From assembly GCA_964225545.1 (NCBI GenBank), contig CAXQPB010000119.1, positions 997 through 64,996 on the forward strand: 64,000 nt of DNA. Direction: 5' to 3'. Shown in pieces: positions 50,390 to 59,417 of the stretch. The notes below the pieces were generated by a model. It searched no databases, was not told where the DNA came from, and was given only the letters and a program-made list of their open reading frames with translations. The translations under genes and the position numbers were made by a program. Position 1 is the first letter of the stretch, and every line of letters starts with the position of its first letter. The DNA is from Nitrosopumilus sp. (lineage in GTDB: Bacteria > Desulfobacterota > Binatia > UBA1149 > SPBQ01).

Positions 50390-52483
50390 GTGACCGAGCC
50401 TCGCCTCGGATTTTCGGCTGCACGCGCGCTGATCGCAGCTGTGCTGATCTCGGCGCCGACGTTCGCCTTCGGCCGTCCCGCCGCAGCCACCGACAACGGT
50501 GAGTCCGTCGACGTACGTCCGGAGATCATTGTCAGCGGCGAGCTGACGACAGAATACGAATCGAGCGTCGATGCCACGGGATTCACCACCGTGATCCGTG
50601 CAGGCGAGGCGTGGCGGGGATACCGGACTGTCGGCGAGCTGCTCGGTCGCAGTGTCGGTCTGCGAGTGACGAACTTCGGAGGACCGGAGGATCTCTCGAC
50701 GGTTTCGGTCCGCGGGAGCGGCCCGGCACAGGTGAGAATCCTGCTCGACGGCGTGGCACTGACCCGCGCAGGCAACGCAGTGGTCAACCTGGCGGATATT
50801 CCTCTCGACGCCGTTGACCGCATCGAGATTCACAGGGGCTACACGCCGGTACGCTTCGCGAGCAGCGGAGCCTCGAGCGTCATCAACATTGTCACAAGAC
50901 AGGTCGAGGGGCCGACGCTGTCGAGCTCCGCCTCGTTCGGCTCTTTCACTACCGTAAAGGGCACGCTGAGCGGAGGAAGCCCGCTTACCGGCGGCACGCT
51001 GTCCGGTGTTCTTACGGTTCGCCACACCGACGGCGACTTCGAGTACATCGACGATCGCGGGACCCCGCTCAATCCCGACGACGACGTCGAGACCAAGCGC
51101 AAGAACAACGACTCCTCCTCGGTTGACGCGCTCGCTCGCTACGTCGTTCCACTCGGCAATTCGCGTCTGACAGTCACCAACGACGTTTTCTACAAAGACC
51201 GGGGAACTCCGGGCAACGGCGTCTCCCAGGCGCTTGACGCGCGGGTCCGCGGCCTGCGAAACATTTTCGCCGCGGACTGGACTTCGGAGGATGACCGCTA
51301 CGGCGCCGCTTTCGATTTCAGCTATCTCGATGAGATCGTCGAGGACCCGAGCAGCGCCGACACCCAGGAGGGCAACACCTCTCTGGGGCTGCCCTACGAC
51401 GAGGCGCACAACACGACCTCTGCTCTCGGTATCCGAGGTCGCGCAGCCCGACCGTTACCATTCGGCCAGTATCTCGAGGCAAGTATTGCGGGCGGCTTCG
51501 AGCGCTTCCTCGGCAGCTACCCGAAAAATCCGTTCTCCGGCAACGACGAGAGTCGCTTCAACCTCGCAGTCGCCGTCGGCGACGATATCTACATCGACCG
51601 GTGGAATTTCACGGCAACACTCCAGGTCCGGCACGAGTCGCTGTGGAATCGATTCAATTCGACTTTCGCCGGGATACCGGTCCCGACGGATGAGCGACCT
51701 GATAACTATGACGGCGCGACCAATCCGCGCCTCGGGCTTCGATGGGATCCCGTCCCGGCGCTGACGCTCAAAGGGAATCTGGGAACCTGGTTCCGCCCGC
51801 CTACCTTTCGCGAGCTTTTCGGAACGGACGGATTTACCGCTCCCAACCCGACGCTCGAACCGGAGTCGGGTTTCAATCGGGATGTCGGCTTCATTGCGCG
51901 GGGTGCCAGACTCGGACCGATTCGCAGCCCCGTGCTCGAGGGCGTTTATTTCGACAACGACCTCGAGGATCTCATCCTTCTGGTGACCACCGGCGGGAAC
52001 ATACCGGTTGCGACCAACTTCTCGCGGGCGAGGATCCGCGGCGTGGAACTTCGCGCGGCATTCGAGATCGGCCCTTTCCTCAGCGTCGAGGGAAACTACA
52101 CGCACCAGGACGGCGAGAACCGAAGCCGCGTCGTCGAGCTGCGCGGCCGTGAACTTCCCAACCTCCCTTCCGATGTCGCCTTCGCCAGACTTCTCTTTTC
52201 GCAGCCGAGTTTCAGCGTCGCCTATGAATTCGATTACCAGAGCGACGTCTTTCTCGACGATACGGAGAATCGGGAGCGCCGGCAGCCCGGCTACGGAACC
52301 CACAACCTCGAGCTCCTGTTCGCGCTCGGAGGAGGAGGGTTCCTTTTCAAGTTTCAGGCGATGAATCTGACCGACGAACAGTATTTCGATCGGTGGCAGT
52401 TCCCGCAGCCGGGGCGCGCCTTCTACGCGACCCTGAGCTACGAGAATCGTGACGTCGCGGCGAGTAACGGCGATGCGACCTGA
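50390..52483 (+). CDS. TonB-dependent receptor, probable cobalamin transporter (BtuB-like)
   Basis: Signal peptide, plug SVRGS...LLDGV...IEIHRG, FRPPTFRELF, NPTLEPE, QPGRAFYATLSY; under a B12 riboswitch. Confidence 0.9.
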   Translation: MTEPRLGFSAARALIAAVLISAPTFAFGRPAAATDNGESVDVRPEIIVSGELTTEYESSVDATGFTTVIRAGEAWRGYRTVGELLGRSVGLRVTNFGGPEDLSTVSVRGSGPAQVRILLDGVALTRAGNAVVNLADIPLDAVDRIEIHRGYTPVRFASSGASSVINIVTRQVEGPTLSSSASFGSFTTVKGTLSGGSPLTGGTLSGVLTVRHTDGDFEYIDDRGTPLNPDDDVETKRKNNDSSSVDALARYVVPLGNSRLTVTNDVFYKDRGTPGNGVSQALDARVRGLRNIFAADWTSEDDRYGAAFDFSYLDEIVEDPSSADTQEGNTSLGLPYDEAHNTTSALGIRGRAARPLPFGQYLEASIAGGFERFLGSYPKNPFSGNDESRFNLAVAVGDDIYIDRWNFTATLQVRHESLWNRFNSTFAGIPVPTDERPDNYDGATNPRLGLRWDPVPALTLKGNLGTWFRPPTFRELFGTDGFTAPNPTLEPESGFNRDVGFIARGARLGPIRSPVLEGVYFDNDLEDLILLVTTGGNIPVATNFSRARIRGVELRAAFEIGPFLSVEGNYTHQDGENRSRVVELRGRELPNLPSDVAFARLLFSQPSFSVAYEFDYQSDVFLDDTENRERRQPGYGTHNLELLFALGGGGFLFKFQAMNLTDEQYFDRWQFPQPGRAFYATLSYENRDVAASNGDAT

Positions 52484-53813
52484 GAGACGGAAACGCGCAG
52501 CGGTCTCGCTGGTCCTGGCCGCGCTCATTTCGCCGCTGGCTGTATCGCCCGGCGCTCATGCGCTTTGCGGCGACCTGAACACGGACGGCCACGTTGCGGC
52601 TACGGACGCGCTGGTCTCTCTTCAGGTCGTAGTGGCCGGCGGCTACCGACTGCGGGGAGACGTGAATCCGGAGTCGACGGGCGATGGAGAACTGACCGTC
52701 ACCGATTCGCTGCGCACCCTGCAGAGCGCGGTGTCGCTCACGATTCCGCGCTGCGCCGCCGCCGCCGGCAGCCTGCTGGTAGCGACGTCGTCGGTCAGCT
52801 TCGGGAACGGCGGACTCACCGAGGTTCGTCTGGACAATTTCGAGATCGAGCGGCAGCAGGAGGGGATAACGGCCGGCGACTCCGTCCTGCGAATGCACAA
52901 CGGACGGGCGTTTGTCCTCAACCGATTTGCTGCCAACAACCTGCAGGAGATCGATCTTGACGATCCCGACTTCGCCGCGCTCTCACAGTGCAGCCTCGGA
53001 AGCGGCGCCAATCCCCACGACGTTGTCCTGATTACCGAGGAAAAGGGTTACGTCACCCGATACGACAAACCCAGTCTTGGTGTCGTCGATCTCTCGGTCG
53101 ACAGCACCTGCGGCGGTTTCGTATCGAAACTCATCGATCTTTCTGCGCTTTCAGACAACGACGGCGTGCCGGAGATGGATCAGATGGCACTGATCGACGG
53201 ATCGCTCTTCGTCGCGCTGCAAAGACTCGACCGGAGAAATTTCTTCCTCCCGACCGGGCCCGGAACGCTGGCAGTCATCGACACAGTCTCGGATACGCTT
53301 ATCGGCGAAGTTCCATTGCAGATCGTCAACCCGTTCGCCGAGACCAAGGGGCTGATCTTCGAACCGTCGCTCGGCCGACTTTTCGTGGGTGGACCCGGGA
53401 CGCTCTTCACCAACCTCGAAGACGGTGGGATAGAGGCGGTCAACCCGCAGAGCGCGAGCTCGGAGGGCATCATTATCACCGGCGCGGAGCTCGGCGGGGA
53501 TCTGCTCGATTTCGTGATCGTCGGCAGCACGCGAGCTTATGCGATCGTTTCGGACCGAAGGTTCGTCGCCTCACTGGTCGAGGTCGATCTGACGACGCGC
53601 AGCGTCGTCGATACCCTTATCCAGAGCGAGTATTCCATTTCCGACATTGAACTCGACGAATCGGGAATACTTTGCGCCGCTGACCGCAATCCCCTCGCAC
53701 CGGGCCTGCGGTGTTTCGATATCGCGAGCAACCTCGAGTTGACCGAGGGGCCCGTGTTCGGCGGCCTGACGCCGTTCAACGTGATCTTCCGTCGATCACC
53801 CGGCTCGCGGTGA
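52473..53813 (+). CDS. Secreted protein: N-terminal dockerin-like module plus YncE/BtuG-like beta-propeller
   Basis: Signal ending AHA; CGDLNTDGHVAATDALVSLQ...GDVNPESTGDGELTVTDSLRTLQ; propeller-like ANPHDV..KGYVTRY and LAVIDTVSD; overlaps the receptor stop. Confidence 0.8.
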   Translation: MRPERRKRAAVSLVLAALISPLAVSPGAHALCGDLNTDGHVAATDALVSLQVVVAGGYRLRGDVNPESTGDGELTVTDSLRTLQSAVSLTIPRCAAAAGSLLVATSSVSFGNGGLTEVRLDNFEIERQQEGITAGDSVLRMHNGRAFVLNRFAANNLQEIDLDDPDFAALSQCSLGSGANPHDVVLITEEKGYVTRYDKPSLGVVDLSVDSTCGGFVSKLIDLSALSDNDGVPEMDQMALIDGSLFVALQRLDRRNFFLPTGPGTLAVIDTVSDTLIGEVPLQIVNPFAETKGLIFEPSLGRLFVGGPGTLFTNLEDGGIEAVNPQSASSEGIIITGAELGGDLLDFVIVGSTRAYAIVSDRRFVASLVEVDLTTRSVVDTLIQSEYSISDIELDESGILCAADRNPLAPGLRCFDIASNLELTEGPVFGGLTPFNVIFRRSPGSR

Positions 53814-53924
53814 CCGAGAAGTCGGCGGCCGTTCATTAGAAACCCTCGAGTTACGCCCTCCGGAATCACGCTCAGGCGCTACCCCCTGAAATCGAGAGAC
53901 TAATCGCGCGCAGCGAGGGGAAAG

Positions 53925-54020
53925 TGGCGGAGAAGGGAGGGAGTCGAACCCTCCGCCGACCATAGAGGCCGGCATCACGGTTTTGAAGACCGGCCGGGCC
54001 ACCGGGCCCGATCCTTCTCC
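53925..54020 (-). tRNA. selC: tRNA-Sec (anticodon UCA)
   Basis: 8-bp acceptor GGAGAAGG/CCTTCTCC plus GCCA, 6-bp D stem, CTTCAAA anticodon loop, long variable arm, 5-bp T stem with TTCGACT; 96 nt. Confidence 0.95.
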
Positions 54021-54221
54021 GTAAGACGGCGCAACTTATCTGATCGCAAACCCTTCGTCACGCGCCCGGATCGACGCCCGAATCATCGCCGGGAAGACAC
54101 CATTCGCAAACACGATGGAACTCTATCGGCCGCCCGCCTTGAACAGAGGGTGGCGAGGTGATAGCCAACGCCTGCTTACACCGCGATTTTCACGCCAGAT
54201 CATGGGAAGGGGCGACCATCA

Positions 54222-56195
54222 ATGATGATGAGGAAGCTGTTCGGACTGCTCATACTGCTATGCAGCATCACCGTTACGCCGGGAACGGCGTCAGCGCTTT
54301 ACCGTGGAACCGAGTACGGAGATATGGACATCTCCGGCCGACTGCGGACCACGAATATCGTACGCCATCGGAACCTCGACAAGCTCGCGTTCATCATGCA
54401 GCGCAACGAGCTTCGTCTGCGTTTCGAATGGAAGTGGCTCCAGCGGGGCAAAGCGTTCAAGCGCTTCAAGAACAGCTGGCTCGACCGCTCGGACATCTTC
54501 CTGCTCTACCGTGGTGTGTACGACAGCGTCTACGACATCACGCCGGGCGGAATTCACAATGATACCGACTTCCAAGGCGATCCGGTCGCGGTCGGAGCGC
54601 GCTCGCTCGAGAGCATGACCGAGCAGCAGCGTCAGCGCGCGAAGTTCGAGAACCGGCTTCGTGAGTGGTACGTCGACCTTTACTTCAAAAAGATTCCGCT
54701 GACGCTTCGTATCGGGCGACAGCAGATCGTCTGGGGTGAGTCGGATGGCTTCCGAATGCTCGATCGCGCCAACACGCTCGATCTGAGCTGGCACTTTTTC
54801 CAGGAGCTTCCGCCGCCCGGTTACGGTTTCGATGACATTCGTAAGCCGTTCTTCAACGTCAAGGCGCTGTACGACTTCAAGCAGCTCGGCCCGCTGTCAC
54901 AGCCGTTCCTCGAGGCCTACTGGAACCCGGGCGACTGGGACCCCGGCTCGATCGCGTTCATGCCGCGACCGTGGGGCGTCCGGTTGCTCGACCCGATCAG
55001 CAATGCGCAGGGAACCGGTGCTCTGCAGTCAGGTTTCTGTGCCTTCGCCGAGGGCGGCCAGTGCGAGAGCCTGATGAACGGGACCGAGCTCTTCCGCAAC
55101 GGCGGATGGGATCGTAACCCGCTCGAAAACAGCCAGTTCGGAGTCCGCTTCCACTTCATCACTCCGAAGGGCTTCGAGATGACGTTCAACTACCTCTACC
55201 AGAGGTTCAGTCCGGACGGCTCGCCGACCGCCATCGTTCGCGGCGTCCCGATCGACAAGACATTCGCGGTTGCCGACACCGTCGGCTTCGGACCGCCGCG
55301 ACCCGGCGTCATCGACGCTCAGACCTATTGTGACGGTCTCCGTCGTCCGCCCGGATCGATCGGAGCGCCATGGGGTCAGAACCAGCTTTGTCTGGAATAC
55401 TTCGCTCCATACATTCACACGGTCGGATGGTCGATGAACTTCTTCGAGTCACGCTTCACGCAGACCGTCTGGCGCGTAGAGACGATTCTCGACTTCAACC
55501 TGCCGTTCTATGATGGCGACAAACAGGTCGCGCTCTTCGGCCGTTCCCCCAACGGCCCCACACTGATCCCGGGCATCTCCAACAAGCACATGTGGAAGGG
55601 CATGATCGCTTTCGATCGTCCGACATGGATCAAGTGGCTGAACAAGCAGACGACCTTCTTCGTCACCGGCCAGATGTTCTGGCACTACATCATCGACCAC
55701 GAGCCGCGCCGTTGTGCGATCGATGATGATCCGGCGAATGGATACACTTCAAGCTACCTCGAGAACTGCGGAAACGATACCGACCTCCTGCTTCCGGGTG
55801 AGTCGATGGGTCTGGTCGGGCCGCTCGACCTGCCGAAACTCGACGCTCCCGGAGGAAAAGGGCGAGACACGATTCACCAGTGGGAGGTCCTGATGACACT
55901 CGCGGTTCTGGGATTCTACAAAGGTGGATCGCTCGTGCCCGCGTTCATCTACATTCTCGACCCGGTGAACGCTTACTCCCAGGAGGTCGCGCTCGGAATG
56001 GACTGGTTCATCCGCCCGGATATTTCGGTCAATCTGACAACCCGTCTGATCTGGGCAGGACTGCCCTGGGATGCGTACAAGGGCCACAACAAGGATTCGG
56101 ATGTAGATCGCGGCGAGATCTTCGACCCGTGGTTCCGCGCCGGCGGCAGCCGTGGCCGCTCGGAGACAGGCATCCAGTTCACCTGGCAGTTCTAG
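54222..56195 (+). CDS. Outer-membrane beta-barrel protein, DUF1302-like
   Basis: Signal peptide, LREWYVD, LRIGRQQIVWGESDGFR, C-terminal IQFTWQF aromatic beta-signal. Confidence 0.75.
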   Translation: MMMRKLFGLLILLCSITVTPGTASALYRGTEYGDMDISGRLRTTNIVRHRNLDKLAFIMQRNELRLRFEWKWLQRGKAFKRFKNSWLDRSDIFLLYRGVYDSVYDITPGGIHNDTDFQGDPVAVGARSLESMTEQQRQRAKFENRLREWYVDLYFKKIPLTLRIGRQQIVWGESDGFRMLDRANTLDLSWHFFQELPPPGYGFDDIRKPFFNVKALYDFKQLGPLSQPFLEAYWNPGDWDPGSIAFMPRPWGVRLLDPISNAQGTGALQSGFCAFAEGGQCESLMNGTELFRNGGWDRNPLENSQFGVRFHFITPKGFEMTFNYLYQRFSPDGSPTAIVRGVPIDKTFAVADTVGFGPPRPGVIDAQTYCDGLRRPPGSIGAPWGQNQLCLEYFAPYIHTVGWSMNFFESRFTQTVWRVETILDFNLPFYDGDKQVALFGRSPNGPTLIPGISNKHMWKGMIAFDRPTWIKWLNKQTTFFVTGQMFWHYIIDHEPRRCAIDDDPANGYTSSYLENCGNDTDLLLPGESMGLVGPLDLPKLDAPGGKGRDTIHQWEVLMTLAVLGFYKGGSLVPAFIYILDPVNAYSQEVALGMDWFIRPDISVNLTTRLIWAGLPWDAYKGHNKDSDVDRGEIFDPWFRAGGSRGRSETGIQFTWQF

Positions 56196-56234
56196 GCAAA
56201 CAGCAGGCAAGGGCCGGCAAGGTTGCCGGCAAAC

Positions 56235-56277
56235 AAAAAAGGGGGCGCGGTGTCATACCGCGCCCCCTTTCTTTTTG
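56235..56277. terminator. Bidirectional rho-independent terminator
   Basis: A-tract, GGGGGCGCGGT/ACCGCGCCCCC stem, T-tract; lies between convergent genes. Confidence 0.9.
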
Positions 56278-56314
56278 CTGGATCAGATGCACCGGATTTT
56301 CAGTGCCTGATCGC

Positions 56315-56722
56315 TCACTCCACAAAGCGACAGCATATCGCCATCGCGAGCGTTCGCTCCTCCACCGGGCATTCGGTGCCACCCGTCTGCAAACAGGTGT
56401 AAAAGGCCCCCTGGGTAGTTCCGGGGTACTCGGCAAGTGTCTGGATGATTCCCATCGCCGAGGTTTGGCAACTGCCATCTTCCTCGGGACGAACCTCAGG
56501 GTAACAGGTACCGCCGGTGAGGAACTCCTCGTTACCGCACTTCACTCGCGACGCTTTTAACGCGTTGCTTCCTTCCCCCGAGGCTTCGGAAGCCACGACC
56601 TTGCGGCATGTCATACCCCCCGAATGGGCGGGCACTGCAGCACCCAACGCGACAAACGCCATGCCGGCAACAAGTCCCGCGCGGAACATGTTCTGGTTGA
56701 GATCTTTTGTCCGAATTTTCAT
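56315..56722 (-). CDS. Small secreted Cys-rich protein
   Basis: GGAG RBS before ATG 56722; signal AAVPAHS; 8 Cys including C...EEFLTGGTC and terminal AICC. Confidence 0.75.
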   Translation of the reverse strand: MKIRTKDLNQNMFRAGLVAGMAFVALGAAVPAHSGGMTCRKVVASEASGEGSNALKASRVKCGNEEFLTGGTCYPEVRPEEDGSCQTSAMGIIQTLAEYPGTTQGAFYTCLQTGGTECPVEERTLAMAICCRFVE

Positions 56723-56908
56723 CTTTTCTCCTCTCCGCGACTCTATACTAGCAGTCGTGAGCAAACCGCGCTTCAAGCCGCTCACGTCATTCGGGCGCCC
56801 GGTTTTCGCCGGCGCTCCAGACCCGGATTTCTGGCATACCCGAGCCCGGCGGCCAAGTGAGATTGGAGCGCATGGCCTGCACCCTTATGGGGTCATCAGT
56901 ATTCGGCC

Positions 56909-56938
56909 TTGACACGTTTCGTGCGGGGACATTAGTGT
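56909..56938 (+). promoter_or_regulatory. Putative sigma70 promoter of the 57022 gene
   Basis: TTGACA, 18-nt spacer, TAGTGT. Confidence 0.45.
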
Positions 56939-57021
56939 CTGAAGGAAGCAAATCCACCTCGCGATCCAGAATGAAGAAGCGCCGATTGGCGCGTCTGGCC
57001 CCTTTGGGGAGGGAAAATACA

Positions 57022-59325
57022 ATGATGAAACGAACGGGACTCGCCTGCGCTCTGATCGGCGCGGCAATGATGGCTTTCGGAATACCCGGAACGTCGTCGG
57101 CACAGACCAGCTGCGATACCTGCAGCGAAAACGGCAAGGTTCCCTGTGCCGTCAAAAGTTTTGACGCCGCCGCCGCCAAGTGTCGCAAAGCTCTTTCGAA
57201 GAACGTTGGAAAGATTCAGAAGACAGCAGCCAAGAACAGCGCTTCCTGTCACAAGGGACGCCTGGGCGGCAAAGTCGACGCCAGCGTCGACTGTAATGAT
57301 CCGGCTCAGGCCGACCCGAAGGGTAAGCTCTCGGGTGCGATCGCGAAGTTTTCGGCGGGGATCGGCAAGAGCTGCCCGAGCACGATCGGCAACACGGTCT
57401 TGAGCGAATACCTCTCCTGCCCGGAGCCCTGTGCTACGAGCACCGGCGCCAGCAACCCGCTGGCATCCTACACTGAGCTGGCGGATTGCCTCGGCTGCGT
57501 CGCGGCTGAGCAGGTTGCGGCTCGTGACCAGGCGATGCTGGGCAATCCGACCGCTCCGAACCCCGACAAAGCTGCGGCCGGTTGCCACGCGACATTCTCG
57601 AAGAGCTTCGACAAATACCTTGCGACGCTCGTCAAGAACCGCTCGAAGTGCCAGGACACGGCAGAGGCGAAGGCGGGTGCCTGCGGCTTCGGCAGCAGCA
57701 ACTGCTACGAAGACGACTCGAAGGGCAAGATCGCGGGCGCTTTGGCCACAGCGGAAGCCGGAGTGAGCGGCAAGTGCGCGGGCGTTGACTTCAGCCAGTT
57801 CAACCTCAGCGGCAGCTGCTCAGCGGTTACCAACTCAACCGAGTACAACAGCTGCGCGTCGTCCGAGACCACGACCGCCGGCCAGGGCACACTGAGCGAT
57901 ATCTACTCGCTGCCGGCGGCTGGCCTGTGCCCGACGGTCGTCCAGACCACGATCAGCGGCGCTTACGGCATCGAGTGCACGACCAATGCCGACTGCCTTG
58001 CTGCCCAGCAGTGCCTGCCAGCGGGCAGCGGCGTCAGCCGCTGCCAGACCGAAACAAGGCTGGACGTAGGGTGGACAGGCCAGGCCCATAATGTTGACAC
58101 GGTCGACGGGTACACGGTGGCGTCAGGCGTCACATGTCCGGAGAGTTCTGTCTGCAGCGACAACCCGGCCCAGTCCTGTACGACAAACGGCGATTGCGCC
58201 GATGAATGTGTCGACGCAGCGCCTTGCGGGCTGTGCACGCTCGACGGCATTTCTTCAAACTCGCCGCAGTATGCCTCGTTCCTGCGCTGCGAGGCAGATA
58301 CGGCCATTCCGTGCAGCACCCCATTCGCGTCCGATCCGGCCGCTTGCGGGGCGCTGACCAGCGATCTGTGCGGCTACTACCTCGGCCCACCGCTGCCGCT
58401 GAGCTCCGCAAACAGCCCGGTCTGTTCACTGCTCAGAATCGACCAGGACATCACTGGCGCGGCAAATCCGGATACCGGCGACACCGACTTCACGGTCAAC
58501 ATGCTGTCAAAGGTTCACCTTGGAATCGGACAGACCCAGCCCTGCCCCCTGTGTATCGGCGACACGACCCCGCTCGATGGCGTGAAATCGGGCACGTGTG
58601 ATTACGGCACCGAATCGGATTCTCATGCCGGCCAACCATGCGATGTGATGGGCTTCCAGGGAACGTTCGCGAACGAGGACGAGGGTCTGGGGCTCAGCCT
58701 CGATTGCCCGCCGAGCCCCGGGAAAAACATTTCCGGCGCGGGCCTGATCATCAACCTCGACTTCACTACCGGTGCCACCTCATTGCCCTTCGGGGTCGCG
58801 TGTGATGGCGCGCTCAGTGCTCTGGACTGCGCTTGCGGGCAGTGCGACAACGACACGACCCGGCCGTGCAATGCTGACTCGGACTGTGAGGCTCCCGGCA
58901 CCTGCTCGACGAACGGCGGCGGAGCGGCGGCAGCCCGGCAGCCGAACGGTTGCAACGATCTGGTATGCAACGATCAGGGAGACGGCAACGGGCTGTGCAC
59001 AGCAGGCCCGGCCAACTCGCTCCTCTACTGCGACGGCGATGTCCGAGCGAGTGGTGCCGGCTACCTTTCGTGCGCGACCAATGCCGACTGTGTCAGCAGC
59101 AACTCCATCTGTAACGGTGGTGATTGCGGGAACTGCACACTCAGCAGGACCCGACCGTGCTTCAACGACCCGGTCACGTTCGAGGGAAGCCCGGATCCGG
59201 AATTCCCGGTACTGGCAGCAACGTTCTGCCTCCCGCCGACCACCAACGGGGCGATCAACGCCGTCTCGGGTAGTCCGGGTCCTGCAAGAGTCAGAGTCCA
59301 GCAGACTGCCGTCCGCAAGTACTGA
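57022..59325 (+). CDS. Large secreted Cys-rich protein: two helical Cys repeats plus a 'GPPLPLS' core domain
   Basis: GGAGGG RBS, Sec signal, very high Cys content; homologous to the ORF at 62591. Confidence 0.85.
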   Translation: MMKRTGLACALIGAAMMAFGIPGTSSAQTSCDTCSENGKVPCAVKSFDAAAAKCRKALSKNVGKIQKTAAKNSASCHKGRLGGKVDASVDCNDPAQADPKGKLSGAIAKFSAGIGKSCPSTIGNTVLSEYLSCPEPCATSTGASNPLASYTELADCLGCVAAEQVAARDQAMLGNPTAPNPDKAAAGCHATFSKSFDKYLATLVKNRSKCQDTAEAKAGACGFGSSNCYEDDSKGKIAGALATAEAGVSGKCAGVDFSQFNLSGSCSAVTNSTEYNSCASSETTTAGQGTLSDIYSLPAAGLCPTVVQTTISGAYGIECTTNADCLAAQQCLPAGSGVSRCQTETRLDVGWTGQAHNVDTVDGYTVASGVTCPESSVCSDNPAQSCTTNGDCADECVDAAPCGLCTLDGISSNSPQYASFLRCEADTAIPCSTPFASDPAACGALTSDLCGYYLGPPLPLSSANSPVCSLLRIDQDITGAANPDTGDTDFTVNMLSKVHLGIGQTQPCPLCIGDTTPLDGVKSGTCDYGTESDSHAGQPCDVMGFQGTFANEDEGLGLSLDCPPSPGKNISGAGLIINLDFTTGATSLPFGVACDGALSALDCACGQCDNDTTRPCNADSDCEAPGTCSTNGGGAAAARQPNGCNDLVCNDQGDGNGLCTAGPANSLLYCDGDVRASGAGYLSCATNADCVSSNSICNGGDCGNCTLSRTRPCFNDPVTFEGSPDPEFPVLAATFCLPPTTNGAINAVSGSPGPARVRVQQTAVRKY

Positions 59326-59354
59326 GCCTTTCGGACAGAAAGCGGAGCGAAGAG

Positions 59355-59385
59355 GCCCCCTGCAGGAAACTGCAGGGGGCTTTTT
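59355..59385 (+). terminator. Rho-independent terminator
   Basis: GCCCCCTGCAG-GAAA-CTGCAGGGGGC followed by TTTTT. Confidence 0.9.
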
Positions 59386-59417
59386 CATGAGTGTTTTTCA
59401 CGGCCGGACGAGGCCGA

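Noticed and set aside
53800-54220. Genomic island or prophage integrated at selC
   Set aside because: No integrase or transposase, and no duplicated tRNA 3' end seen in the window.
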